Part shown: positions 46,119-55,909 of the stretch, piece after piece
Numbering within the stretch: the first letter of the stretch is position 1
Layout: every line of letters starts with the position of its first letter
Source of the DNA: an uncultured Chloroflexia bacterium
GTDB lineage: Bacteria; Chloroflexota; Chloroflexia; Thermomicrobiales; UBA6265
Length of the DNA: 64,000 bases
Assembly (NCBI GenBank): GCA_963737985.1
Contig: CAVTUU010000009.1
Span: 89,640 to 153,639 of the forward strand
Direction of reading: 5' to 3'
The notes under the pieces: model-generated
Seen by the model: only the letters and a program-made list of their open reading frames with translations
Told to the model about the DNA's origin: nothing
Database searches by the model: none
Position numbers and translations under genes: made by a program

Positions 46119-46397
46119 GTGAGCTCACCGATGCGAGTCGATCGCCCGCGCCTTCAAGAGGACCGGCTCATTCATAAAACGACGATTGGTCGGATTGAAC
46201 CGACCGAAGACGACCGGCCACCAGTTTGTCCCCGGTGCCAAAAGCGACTGGTTATCCTGGCGACCCATCACGACCTCGACTCGCACGGAAAACGGGTCCG
46301 TCGCCAGCTCTGGGGCTGCCCGCGAGGTCATGCGACTGTTTATCGCACAGGCGGCTCCTTTGGCGGCATGGAAGTGCTGCCAGATGTGTCACCGTGA
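46119..46397 (+). CDS. Small hypothetical protein with CxxC...CxxxH pattern
   Basis: 92-aa ORF with PPVCPRCQKRL...LWGCPRGH. No RBS or family support. Confidence 0.3.
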   Translation: MSSPMRVDRPRLQEDRLIHKTTIGRIEPTEDDRPPVCPRCQKRLVILATHHDLDSHGKRVRRQLWGCPRGHATVYRTGGSFGGMEVLPDVSP

Positions 46398-46458
46398 AAT
46401 TGAAGTGAAAGCGGTCGCCTGGCGAGCGAGCAGATCTCAACGGCTAGGTGGGTTCGGC

Positions 46459-46932
46459 TCACGCAGGTTCTTGGCGGAAGATCCAGTAGGGTAGGTCGCT
46501 TCCGGCCAAGACGTCAGCCGCGATGACCTCGAACCCCAACCGCTTATAGAACTCGACATTCGACTCAGTCGTTGTCCACAAGCAAGTAGGACACGCATCT
46601 TCAGCGGCGCATTTCAAAAACACGCGTACGAGCGCAGACCCAATTCCTGTGCCTTGTTCAGCCGGATCAACCCCAAGTAACCCTATATACCAACACGGCG
46701 ATGGAACGAGACGAGCCTGGTGCTCTTCAATAGGATTCACCAGCTCCTCGAACCGATGAACTGTTTCTTCGCCAATGATCACTTGGAGCGGCTGCAGTCC
46801 GGCTTCGATCATTCGCTCGACCGAAGGCTCAGCAGGGGGCATCCGCCAGCCGTAGAGAAGCCCTACTGGTTCCTTCGCAGGGACAAAGACCTTACCGACC
46901 AGCTTCGCATAGCGAATCCCTTGCTCAAACAT
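46459..46932 (-). CDS. GNAT family N-acetyltransferase
   Basis: Acetyl-CoA binding motif VDPAEQGTGIGSALV...VEFYKRLGFE. Confidence 0.85.
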   Translation of the reverse strand: MFEQGIRYAKLVGKVFVPAKEPVGLLYGWRMPPAEPSVERMIEAGLQPLQVIIGEETVHRFEELVNPIEEHQARLVPSPCWYIGLLGVDPAEQGTGIGSALVRVFLKCAAEDACPTCLWTTTESNVEFYKRLGFEVIAADVLAGSDLPYWIFRQEPA

Positions 46933-47104
46933 AAGCGGCGCAAGTCGCGCTCGTTCGTCCTCATCCGGCAGAACGAGACTCCATGAGATTCACATTGTGG
47001 AACGCTCGCGCGCACGCCTTCGAAGCCTCGGTAATTTGGTCGTCAACCAAAGGCACAATATCAATGCGGTGTCTCACCGCCCAAATACTCCTCGTTGAAT
47101 TGTT

Positions 47105-48427
47105 TCAAAGCCCGATGCGATAGGCGGTGAACTCGGAAACTTGATCACCTTGTAGCGCCAAGAAAATAGGCACGAGGAGCGGCGGCGCTTCGGTCGCGTC
47201 GGGCGGACGTTGGATCGAAAGCACAAACGCAACCCGACCCCCATCATCCACAACGAGGTCGACGGACTCTCCTGATCCGCTCGGCTCAGCTTCGAAAATT
47301 GCGTCGAAGGCAGCTCGTACAGCTTCGGGCCCTCCCTCCCGCACGAGCCCGCCTTCGGCATACTGTTTCACCTGGCAATCCGCCGTGAACAACGTATCTA
47401 TCACGCTTGGGTCGCGCGAGTTGATCGCCCTAATCATCTGCTCGACGATTTCCGTGGGTCGTCCAGTCAATTGGGATGGAGCCGAAATATCTTGCGTCCC
47501 AGTCAGCGGCAATTGCGCCGAACGACCATTCCGGCTCCTGCCAAGACCCATCATGAACAGATCGACGGCAGCAAATGCCTGCTCCGTTCCGGGACCCAGG
47601 AAAACGTCGTGGCGTGCCCCGATGACTGTCTCGACGCGTAGCGGAGCTTTCGTCATCGTCGTCTTCAGACGATCGACGAATTCTTGCGGGATATCTCCGC
47701 GTTGACCTCGAACGAATAGCGTCGGGCACTCGATTCTCGCCAACACATCCCAATCGGATCGGGGAACGGACGCCGCCGCAATTCGCTCGACGATGTCGAG
47801 GTCGTATCGCCAGCGAACGCTCCCATCCTCCTGCTCGATGAGATCGATTGGCATATCATGGCGCGCTCGTTCCAACGACAGACCCAGGGTCTCACGGTAG
47901 TAGGTAACCGCATCCTCGTTGCTCGCGAACGTCGGCGGGATGGTCTGCGCGAGTTCGATCCGTCTCGCGGCTCTCGCTTCGTTCACCTCGGGCGCAGTGT
48001 CTCCGACGATAAGTCCACAGATCGCATCTGGATGCAGAGCCGCGAGGCGATAGGCCACCAACCCACCATGCATGCGGCCGATCACGACAGGACGCGCCAG
48101 CCCGATCTCTTTGATCAGGCCCGCAACATCATCAGCCATCGTGTTGGGATCGTAGCCGTCATCTGGATGACCCGAGCCGCCGCGGCCACGAAGATCTGGT
48201 GCGATCACCCGAGACCAGCGCGCCAAATGGGCAGCGAGATTTGCCATCCCTTCTCCGGTTTGGAGGATGCCATGCAGAACGACCACCGGCGGCCGAGTTG
48301 GCGCGGAGGGACCTTCCCATTCCAAATAGCTGAGTTCAATTCCATTCGCCGGAGCGCGGCGTTCTTCTGGAAGCTGTCGCTCACCCAGAAGCCGGCCCGC
48401 TCCCTTTCGCTCAACCGCTTCCGTCAT
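47105..48427 (-). CDS. Alpha/beta-hydrolase-fold protein fused to a C-terminal SnoaL/NTF2-like domain; nucleophile position is not Ser
   Basis: VVVLHGILQTGEGM...APDLRGRGGS. The nucleophile elbow reads VVIGRMHGGLVA (G-R-M-H-G rather than G-x-S-x-G). C-terminus IVEQMIRAINSRDPSVIDTLFTADCQVKQY. Confidence 0.8.
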   Translation of the reverse strand: MTEAVERKGAGRLLGERQLPEERRAPANGIELSYLEWEGPSAPTRPPVVVLHGILQTGEGMANLAAHLARWSRVIAPDLRGRGGSGHPDDGYDPNTMADDVAGLIKEIGLARPVVIGRMHGGLVAYRLAALHPDAICGLIVGDTAPEVNEARAARRIELAQTIPPTFASNEDAVTYYRETLGLSLERARHDMPIDLIEQEDGSVRWRYDLDIVERIAAASVPRSDWDVLARIECPTLFVRGQRGDIPQEFVDRLKTTMTKAPLRVETVIGARHDVFLGPGTEQAFAAVDLFMMGLGRSRNGRSAQLPLTGTQDISAPSQLTGRPTEIVEQMIRAINSRDPSVIDTLFTADCQVKQYAEGGLVREGGPEAVRAAFDAIFEAEPSGSGESVDLVVDDGGRVAFVLSIQRPPDATEAPPLLVPIFLALQGDQVSEFTAYRIGL

Positions 48428-48515
48428 GACAGCCTCCAGTCAACTGTGCTCACTCGACTGATTAGAAGTTCCTGGAAGCATACTAATCCAAACGCGTATC
48501 AGCCTGTCGACGAGA

Positions 48516-49412
48516 TTAGCCGCGCGCCGATTTCGCAGCCTCGGCCAATCGACCGATCGACGCGGTGTTGAGCGGATAAAGATTGCAGATGACGTGACCT
48601 ACACCGGCGTCGGCGTAGGCTTTGAGCCCGGCTGCGACATCGGCAACGCCACCGGCAATAAACTTCGTCGCATCGCCGACATTGTCCGGCGTTGACCCAA
48701 GCTCGGGAAATGCCACGTTCAATCCAGCGGTGACTTCGAGCGTTGCTGGATCCCGGTCGATTTCAGTGCAAGCTTGGTCCATCGATGCGCGCCGTTCGGC
48801 AATGTCACCAACTTCGCCGTGCCACGCGGTGTTCCAGCTATCGGCAAACTTCGCCGTAAGTTCAAGCATCCTTGGCTGGCGAGAGGCAACCAGAACTGGG
48901 ATTGCGCGGGACGGCCGGGGCAGCATCTGACACTTTGGAGCCGAATAATACTTGCCGGTGAAATCTACTTCGCCCTTCTTGACCAGTGGCACGATGATTT
49001 CGAGCGCTTCCTCGAAGCGACTGACCCTATTAGCGAATGAGATACCGAAGGTATCGAATTCTGGTTGGTGCCACCCGGCGCCTAGCCCAAGAATGATCCG
49101 GCCCCCACTTACTTCGTCGAGGGTTACCGCCATTTTGGCCAACACTGCCGGATTTCTGAACGCCGTGCACAACACGAGCGCGCCGAGTTCAACGCGTGAC
49201 GTGGCATCGGCCAGAGCAGACCAAATCGTCCATCCCTCGAGCACTCCCGACGGATCTTGATCTTTGAACTGATAAAAGAGGTGATCGTAGACCCAGACAG
49301 AATCGAGCCCATCCGCTTCAGCCCGAAGCGCCATCTCACGAATCTGGCTGTAGGGAAAGGGCTGGCCAAGATCCTCACGTTCGCCGAGAGGAAGAATCAC
49401 GCCGATTTTCAT
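48516..49412 (-). CDS. LLM-class (luciferase-like) F420-dependent oxidoreductase
   Basis: MKIGVILPLGE...DSVWVYDHL...GRIILGLGAGWHQPEF. ATG 49412 follows AAGGAG. Confidence 0.85.
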   Translation of the reverse strand: MKIGVILPLGEREDLGQPFPYSQIREMALRAEADGLDSVWVYDHLFYQFKDQDPSGVLEGWTIWSALADATSRVELGALVLCTAFRNPAVLAKMAVTLDEVSGGRIILGLGAGWHQPEFDTFGISFANRVSRFEEALEIIVPLVKKGEVDFTGKYYSAPKCQMLPRPSRAIPVLVASRQPRMLELTAKFADSWNTAWHGEVGDIAERRASMDQACTEIDRDPATLEVTAGLNVAFPELGSTPDNVGDATKFIAGGVADVAAGLKAYADAGVGHVICNLYPLNTASIGRLAEAAKSARG

Positions 49413-49565
49413 CCAATCTCCTTGCTCAATTTCGTTCACAGCGGTTTCGTTCGCCAAAGGCTACACTCTATGGCCGAGGTCGCATTCACGCAACGCCTTT
49501 GATGAAATCCGACTTGGTTGCAACAAGCCGGCTATTTGATTGCGAACCGAAAACTTCGGGAAGAT

Positions 49566-50873
49566 ATGGTTTCAGGATCCGAAACAACTGAGCGGACGAC
49601 CGCTTCCCCAGCCGGACGGCGGCATAAATCTCGTGGCCTCAGCGGTGGCCGATATGGTCGTGTCCTTCAGAACGAGCAGTTTCGCTTGCTCTGGTTTTCT
49701 CAGCTTTGCGCCTCAGTCAGCGACTCACTTTCACAGGTTGTGTTGCCGCTCTTTGTCTATAACCTCACCCAATCCGCAGGGCTGCTCGGTTTCGTTTTCG
49801 CCATGCAACGCGCGGCGCAGCTCGCCGTTTCGCCAATCACCGGGGTGGTCGCTGATCGCTTCAATCGGCGCCGGATTATGCTGACCTGCGATCTCACGCG
49901 AGCAGCCTTGCTTGCGATCATGTGCTTCGCGAGCGAGGTCTGGCAGGTCGCCGTGATCGCTGTTCTCGTCTCAGTTGCGAGCGCCTTCGCGCGCCCAGCA
50001 GAACTTGCGACTGTGCCGACACTCGTTCCTCCTGAAGATCTAGTCCCTGCGCTGTCGTTATCCCAGGTTTCGTGGAGCATCATTCGCATCGTCGGACCGG
50101 CAGCGGGCGGCGGCATCTTCAGCGTTGTCGGTGCGCGGCCGGCATTTGCCATCGAGACGCTGGTCTACCTCGGATCGTTCATGTTCCTTTATCGATTGCA
50201 CATTCCGAATACGATTCTGCGACCCGCTGGAAGCTTCTTTACTTCTGCCTGGCGCGATTTCATCGATGGGCTGCGTACGGTTTGGCAAATCCGCGTGGTC
50301 CGCGCGATCACCGGCACCGAGGCCCTGTGGAGCTTGATCGCAGCATCCTTAAGCATCGCCACCGTCGTTCTTACCGAAGAGGAGATGAATCTCGGAGACC
50401 GTGCCGGCACGGTGTATAGCCTGCTCGTCGCATCGATAAGTGCGGGCGCGGTCATTGGAGCGCTCATCGCTCATCGGGTCGAGGCAAGTTTCGGTCGCGC
50501 GCGCTTGATGATCGTCGGTTATCTCGGTCCGCTGTTTATCGTTCCCGTTATGTTTACTCCGCCCACATGGTTCATCTTCATCCTGTTTTTCTTGCTTGGC
50601 TTTACGGACGCCTGGGCTGTGATTTCCTATCAGTCGTTCCTCGCGGAGGCAGTCGAGGATGAGCTTCGCGGCCGGGTTTACGCGACGTGGGCAGCGATGG
50701 TGGTGCTTGGTTCCCTGATCGCGAGCGCCGTGGTCGGTTGGTCAACCTCCCATATCGGAGCGGCAGTGACGATTGGTCTCTCGGGACTGATCGTTGGGAT
50801 TGGCGGACCCTTGCTCCTCATCCTTTCCGGCGCGGGCTCGGTGCTCCGAACTCAGCATGCGGAAACCGCCTAG
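49566..50873 (+). CDS. MFS transporter
   Basis: About 12 TM segments. FRLLWFSQLCASVSDSLSQVVLPLFV and DRFNRRRIM. The start is uncertain (raw ORF from 49518). Confidence 0.85.
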   Translation: MVSGSETTERTTASPAGRRHKSRGLSGGRYGRVLQNEQFRLLWFSQLCASVSDSLSQVVLPLFVYNLTQSAGLLGFVFAMQRAAQLAVSPITGVVADRFNRRRIMLTCDLTRAALLAIMCFASEVWQVAVIAVLVSVASAFARPAELATVPTLVPPEDLVPALSLSQVSWSIIRIVGPAAGGGIFSVVGARPAFAIETLVYLGSFMFLYRLHIPNTILRPAGSFFTSAWRDFIDGLRTVWQIRVVRAITGTEALWSLIAASLSIATVVLTEEEMNLGDRAGTVYSLLVASISAGAVIGALIAHRVEASFGRARLMIVGYLGPLFIVPVMFTPPTWFIFILFFLLGFTDAWAVISYQSFLAEAVEDELRGRVYATWAAMVVLGSLIASAVVGWSTSHIGAAVTIGLSGLIVGIGGPLLLILSGAGSVLRTQHAETA

Positions 50874-50971
50874 GTTTCGCCATCGCCAAGCGATTCGGCT
50901 CGGTTACAATGCACGCTGGTCCGCCATGCGAGGCGGTGTTTAACTTTGAGCGGGGCGGAGGAACCGTCGGA

Positions 50972-51373
50972 ATGAGTCCACTTCTGGGTCGCAAGAAAAA
51001 AGAGTCCGTCGTGGCCGCGTCCGGACCGACGTTGTTGCCAGGTGGATGGCGATTCAGCTTGAAGGGCTCGCCACGGCATTATGATGATGTGCTCGAAATA
51101 ATCGAAGCGGGTAGGGATGCCAAGGTCTACTTCGGCGAGGCGCTTGCGTACGAGCGGGGCGCCGGTGTCGCACTTTGGCGCGTGAGCGCGACCGGTTTTT
51201 CCTGGTTGCCGAAACTCTACGAGTGGTGGGCAGAGCAAGAGCGCATTGAACCGATTCAATTCACCTTCCACCTCTATTTGCCCGATAATCCGAAATACCC
51301 CGCCCTCGACCTCCGCGAGCACAAACCGGAGGACGTGGAAGCCTTCATCAAGGAACACGCTCCACAAACTTAA
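50972..51373 (+). CDS. Hypothetical protein (133 aa)
   Basis: ATG 50972 follows GGAGGA. No recognised domain. Confidence 0.45.
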   Translation: MSPLLGRKKKESVVAASGPTLLPGGWRFSLKGSPRHYDDVLEIIEAGRDAKVYFGEALAYERGAGVALWRVSATGFSWLPKLYEWWAEQERIEPIQFTFHLYLPDNPKYPALDLREHKPEDVEAFIKEHAPQT

Positions 51374-51395
51374 CCCAATGAGAATCGTGCGAAAC

Positions 51396-51426
51396 AAAAA
51401 CCGCCCCGGACAATTGTCCGGGGCGG
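51396..51426 (-). terminator. Strong palindromic terminator, U-tract on the minus strand
   Basis: 26-nt perfect palindrome CCGCCCCGGACAATTGTCCGGGGCGG (51401-51426), preceded on the plus strand by AAAAA. On the minus strand this reads hairpin + TTTTTGTTTC. Confidence 0.75.
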
Positions 51427-52017
51427 CTATGTTGAGTCTTGTGCGACGGGCTCGATGCCAGCGAGTGTTATCGGATCAATCGGCGCCGATCTTCATCTCC
51501 TGGTCATCCGCCGCCGGTAGGACGGCGACGGGGGCGCGTTCTGGGTGAACTTTCCAACAATTCCCAACCGACTCCGTTGCATTGCATCGTGCCGCATCCT
51601 GCTCTCCTCGCACCGCCCAACCAAGTGAGCATCGCAACGGGGTCAGCCCGTCCGCTTCAAACGAGGATGAGAGTCGCAAGCGCGACAACATCGGACACCC
51701 ATAGCGCCCCGGCTCCGCCGTTGGCTCCTCTTCTAAGAGGGGCCGGCGTAGCTCGCGGCTCATGCCGAACACCTTTCGCATATCCACGTTGCCGTGGCTC
51801 CGGCCGAATTGCCAACCTCAAACGGGATTCCCCGTCCCCCAAGGGAGGTCATGTCGGCCGGTTGACGCTTGGTTCGCTCGCACAAATCAGAACCAAGTCG
51901 TTAAGGCAGTATATACCACCGCCCAACCTGAAAGATTCCAACCGGCCCCACACCGTCACCCGTATACTTCCGGGCCACGAGGCCAATATCGACAATATCA
52001 ATTGAGTAAGGACGGGT

Positions 52018-52395
52018 ATGGACTACCTTTGGGTCGGTTTGGGTGGGTTGGTAGGCGCTAATGCTCGCTTTATCCTGGGACGGGCAATCGCCGATCGCGC
52101 CGGGTCTTCTTTTCCCTTCAGCACATTTACGATTAACATCACGGGTTCGTTGCTCATTGGAATCATCATGACCTTATTGACCGAGCGCTGGATCGCCGAT
52201 CCAGCTTGGCGACTCGTTCTCGTCGTGGGCTTCCTTGGTGGCTACACCACGTTCAGCAGTTACACATTCGAAGCCATCAACTTGTTCCAGGAGGGCCAAG
52301 CCGCCCGCGCCTTCATCTACATCGTCGGAAGCAACGCCTTGGGATTGATCGGGTGCTATTTTGGAATCGTGATTGCGAGGTCATTGGCGGGGTAG
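52018..52395 (+). CDS. crcB: Fluoride ion channel CrcB/FluC
   Basis: 125 aa. GGLVGANARF...TFTINITGSLLIG...GFLGGYTTFSSY. Confidence 0.9.
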   Translation: MDYLWVGLGGLVGANARFILGRAIADRAGSSFPFSTFTINITGSLLIGIIMTLLTERWIADPAWRLVLVVGFLGGYTTFSSYTFEAINLFQEGQAARAFIYIVGSNALGLIGCYFGIVIARSLAG

Positions 52396-52498
52396 CGTTT
52401 CAACACACTAGGGATTCGAAAAAGCATTTCCCACGCGGACAACATCGACCGCTTCGAGGTCGACCAAACTGCCAGGTCGCGAACCACATGATGTACAA

Positions 52499-53551
52499 CT
52501 AATCGTCGAACTTCCTCGACAAACCAAAGAGTCCGAACAGATCTGGGTTTGTGAACCGCGTGAGCGATGCGATTGCACCATGTTCGATGGCAATGACGAG
52601 TACCGCGTGAGCCACGAATGCCCCGACGTCATCTTCCCGGGAATAGACGGCGAACGCCGGCTGCCGGTTCGCTCGTATCGGCACAAGCCGGAACCGGTCT
52701 AGGCGGCCACCTCCCGGTACGGTGGCAAGGAACTCCCCAATCTCGTCTCGCCCAACATAGCGCGCGGGCAGCGGCGGCATAGTGAAGACAGCATCCTCCG
52801 TCAATATGCCTACAATCGATGGGATATCCGCTGTATGCCAGGCATCAACTAGCCGTCGCACGAGAGCTTGTTCGGTGGCGCTGCTGGCGCCTGAGTGAAT
52901 GCGCGCAACGCGCGCGGCGATTCGCTCCTGTTCAAGCGTGGCTCGGGCTCTCTGAAGCGTGCTGTTGATGCCGGCGACACTTGTCGCCAGCATCGTCGCT
53001 ACCTCCGCCGCCGAATAGCCAATGACATCGCGAAGTAGGAGTGTGGCGCGCTGACGAGGAGGGAGCAGCTGGACCGCTGCGACGAAGGCGAGTTCAACGC
53101 TTTCCGCTTGTTCAATCGTTTCTTCGGGACCCGACTGGCTTGAATTCAATTCATCGAGGAGAAAGTCGGGATACGGGTCAAGATTCACCTGCTCACCTTG
53201 GGACCGCCCATCCTTCGCTCGATCATTGAGAGAAACAGCGATGACCTCTCTTCGTCGAGTTCGCCGGGTCAATACGGTCAGGCAGACATTGGTGGCGATC
53301 CGGTAGACCCAGGCGCGAAACGGAGCGCGCGGCTCGAAGCGATCGATCTGGCGCCAGGCCCGCATCAGTGTCTCTTGGAGGGCGTCATCCGCATCGTCGA
53401 TGGTTCCGAGCATCCGGTAGCAGTGGACGTGGACCTCGCGTTGGAGAGGTCGCGTCAACTCTTCGAATGCATGCTTATCTCCCGCGGCCGCCGCGGCGAG
53501 ACGTTCCATCTCAAGCTCTCTGCCAACGTCGACGATCTTCTCTATCCTCAA
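52499..53551 (-). CDS. ECF-type sigma-70 factor with C-terminal SnoaL/NTF2-like extension
   Basis: Region 2 DDADDALQETLMRAWRQIDRFE...FRAWVYRIATNVCL, region 4 LPPRQRATLLLRDVIGYSAAEVATMLATSVAGINSTLQRAR, followed by a ~130-aa extension. The start may be 53509. Confidence 0.9.
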   Translation of the reverse strand: MRIEKIVDVGRELEMERLAAAAAGDKHAFEELTRPLQREVHVHCYRMLGTIDDADDALQETLMRAWRQIDRFEPRAPFRAWVYRIATNVCLTVLTRRTRRREVIAVSLNDRAKDGRSQGEQVNLDPYPDFLLDELNSSQSGPEETIEQAESVELAFVAAVQLLPPRQRATLLLRDVIGYSAAEVATMLATSVAGINSTLQRARATLEQERIAARVARIHSGASSATEQALVRRLVDAWHTADIPSIVGILTEDAVFTMPPLPARYVGRDEIGEFLATVPGGGRLDRFRLVPIRANRQPAFAVYSREDDVGAFVAHAVLVIAIEHGAIASLTRFTNPDLFGLFGLSRKFDD

Positions 53552-53648
53552 GGTTTTTCATATTCGGCCGCAGGAGGAGGCGTTCGCTTGGGGTGCATGC
53601 CTCCTCCTGCTCAAGGATTACTCTTTGCCGAGGTCTCTCGAATACGAG

Positions 53649-53945
53649 TCACCTGCTCCAAAAACCATACGAGCCGACTTCGCGCAGTTGGACCGGCATG
53701 GGAGGTTCCTCGCAACGATCGTTGATATCCTGCTGAAATGCGCGGAAGGCCGCGACTTCCATCAGTGGGTTCTGACCATCTTCAGCTTCGTTCGCCGCCA
53801 CATGTACGAAGCTGACGCCGTCTTCCAGAACGAAGGTAGCGTAGCGAATGCCCATTGGCGCGGTTTGCCGAAGTTCCTCATAGACCTGCTTCACAAGTTC
53901 CTCATTCTTGGCGGCCTGATCGGGCTTGACCTTATAGCGCACCAT
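53649..53945 (-). CDS. Small ABM-like (dimeric alpha/beta barrel) protein
   Basis: MVRYKVKPDQAAKNEELVKQVYEELRQ...FVHVAA... pattern. Internal ATG 53945 is preferred. Confidence 0.45.
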   Translation of the reverse strand: MVRYKVKPDQAAKNEELVKQVYEELRQTAPMGIRYATFVLEDGVSFVHVAANEAEDGQNPLMEVAAFRAFQQDINDRCEEPPMPVQLREVGSYGFWSR

Positions 53946-54072
53946 GACCTGTCTCACGTCTGATCTCCTGATGAGCGATCGTAGCGTTGCGCCGAATTTA
54001 GCGCTCACCCATATAACTCATCTCAGGCATCAAACTCATCGGTGGGTCGTCACGCGCCGTTCACGTCCGAAT

Positions 54073-54858
54073 TTATTGCGCCAGATACCCACCATCGACC
54101 GACAAAATGGCGCCGGTGATGAAGGAGGCATCGTCAGAGGCGAGGAAGAGGATCGCCTTGGCAACCTCCTCGGGGTCGCCGATGCGGCCCATTGGGTGGG
54201 CCTTCTTGATCGCCTCAAGATATTCGAGGCCGCCTGGTTCTTCAGGTAGGCGCTGGACTCGCTCCGTGTTGATCGTGCCTGGCGCTACCGCGTTGACGCG
54301 AATACCCTGATCCGCCCACTCGATAGCAAGATGCTTCGTGATCCCGGTCGCCACGAATTTGGCCGGTCCGTAGGTCGATTGACGTTTCTGGCCGGCCATG
54401 CCCGATATCGACGAAAGGCAAACGATCGACCCGCCGCCGGTCTGAAGCATTGCCTCGATGGCGTACTTGCAGGTGAGAAACATGCCGCGGCCGTCGATCG
54501 CCATCACCTTGTCCCAATCATCGCCGGTTGATTCAGTGATCGCGCCCAAGGGAATGATGCCGGCGTTTGCCACGAGAACGTCGATCTTGCCCCAACGATC
54601 GACGCCCGCCTGAATCATCTGCTTGGCATCGGCATCGAGAGAGACGTCACCAACGACCGCTTCGATCTGGGCTCCGCGATCGGCCAACTCATCCATCAAC
54701 TTGAGGAGCGGTCGCTCCTGAACGTCTGTCACGACGAGCTTCGCGCCTTCCCGGGCAAACACGGTTGCAGTCGCGCGCCCAATGCCAAACGCGGCCCCAG
54801 TTACGACAGCTATCTTGCCGCTCAAGCGCCCGAGACCGCCGGACATGTAGTCTGACAT
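54073..54858 (-). CDS. SDR family oxidoreductase
   Basis: VTGAAFGIGRA, ANAG, and the S...YGPAK catalytic pattern. Confidence 0.9.
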   Translation of the reverse strand: MSDYMSGGLGRLSGKIAVVTGAAFGIGRATATVFAREGAKLVVTDVQERPLLKLMDELADRGAQIEAVVGDVSLDADAKQMIQAGVDRWGKIDVLVANAGIIPLGAITESTGDDWDKVMAIDGRGMFLTCKYAIEAMLQTGGGSIVCLSSISGMAGQKRQSTYGPAKFVATGITKHLAIEWADQGIRVNAVAPGTINTERVQRLPEEPGGLEYLEAIKKAHPMGRIGDPEEVAKAILFLASDDASFITGAILSVDGGYLAQ

Positions 54859-54876
54859 CCTCGTCTCCCGAATCTA

Positions 54877-55863
54877 TTACGCGATCGCGCGCTCGATATC
54901 GAGTGTGCCGTTTGCGGCCGCCTTCTTGAAGTCCTCGATTGTCTGGCGCACTCCATCTTTGAGTGATCGCCAACCGTTGTCACCAAGCGCTGCCTGGTAC
55001 GCAGAGCTGTCGACGTCATCTGGGACCTCGATCGGCTTGGTTTCGTGGGTGATCTTGCCTTTCATGTCGGGAGTCGCCGCTTCGATCGCGGCCACGACAT
55101 CGTCGATCGAGGCAGTGGCGCCGCCGAGATTGAAGACAGGCGCGCCGTCGAGCGGTGTGCGCACGGCGTGGATGAATGCCTTTGCCACATCGTCGGCATG
55201 TTGGTAGACCGCCGAACCACCGAACGAGATGCGATACGGCCTTCCAACCGCGGCGGAAAGCATCGCCTTTGTTGGCGTCGAGCTGACTCCTTGATCGCGG
55301 CCTGGTCCATAGACGAAGAAGGGCCGCAGGCCGGTGCTCCGGATTTGCCAATCTTGCCAATAGATTCGAGCGTAGCCTTCGTTCGCTTGCTTGGTCACGC
55401 CGTAGAGTGATGCGGGAATCAGCGGGGCATCATGAGCGATCGGCCCGGGCGGATAGAGTGCCGACGGACCATAGACTCCAACCGAGCTGGCATAGACGAG
55501 CCCCTTGATCTGGTCGGCGTGATTGCGCGCAGTCTCGTAAACAATGGCCGAGCCAACGACATTTACTCGCGCACCCTGCACCGGGTTGGCGCGGACAAAT
55601 GGAACCTGAAAAGCGGCGAGGTGGATGATGTGCGTAATTCCGTTTTCGGTCACGACCTGATCGAACCGCTCCTGATCGGTGATATCTCCTTCGAGGATGT
55701 TGACCTTGCCGAGCGATGCCTCGTCCATGATCAGCTTCAACCGATGAGGATTTCCGGGCAGATCATATGTGTAGACTGCCGCCCCTTCCGCGACAAGCCG
55801 TTTCACCGACCATGCGCCAATGCAACCAAACGCTCCAGTTACCAGATACCGATCGTCAGCCAT
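54877..55863 (-). CDS. NAD-dependent epimerase/dehydratase family protein
   Basis: ATG 55863 follows GGGAAGGA. YLVTGAFGCIGAW Rossmann motif and the S...YGVTK pattern. Confidence 0.9.
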   Translation of the reverse strand: MADDRYLVTGAFGCIGAWSVKRLVAEGAAVYTYDLPGNPHRLKLIMDEASLGKVNILEGDITDQERFDQVVTENGITHIIHLAAFQVPFVRANPVQGARVNVVGSAIVYETARNHADQIKGLVYASSVGVYGPSALYPPGPIAHDAPLIPASLYGVTKQANEGYARIYWQDWQIRSTGLRPFFVYGPGRDQGVSSTPTKAMLSAAVGRPYRISFGGSAVYQHADDVAKAFIHAVRTPLDGAPVFNLGGATASIDDVVAAIEAATPDMKGKITHETKPIEVPDDVDSSAYQAALGDNGWRSLKDGVRQTIEDFKKAAANGTLDIERAIA

Positions 55864-55909
55864 AGTTCCTTCCCAACATCTGTCGTTTCGAGTGCCATAT
55901 TTGTGGCGC

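Noticed and set aside
51427-52017. RNase P RNA, tmRNA, SRP RNA, or cobalamin/glycine/fluoride riboswitch in the large gap
   Set aside because: I looked on both strands for GAGGAAAGUCCGGGC and ACAGAACCCGGCUUA (RNase P), the tRNA-like GGUUCGAnUCC...CCA end (tmRNA), GGAAGCAGCC (SRP), the B12 box, and the fluoride GGnGAUG...CCUAC core. None were found, so no known class is assigned.
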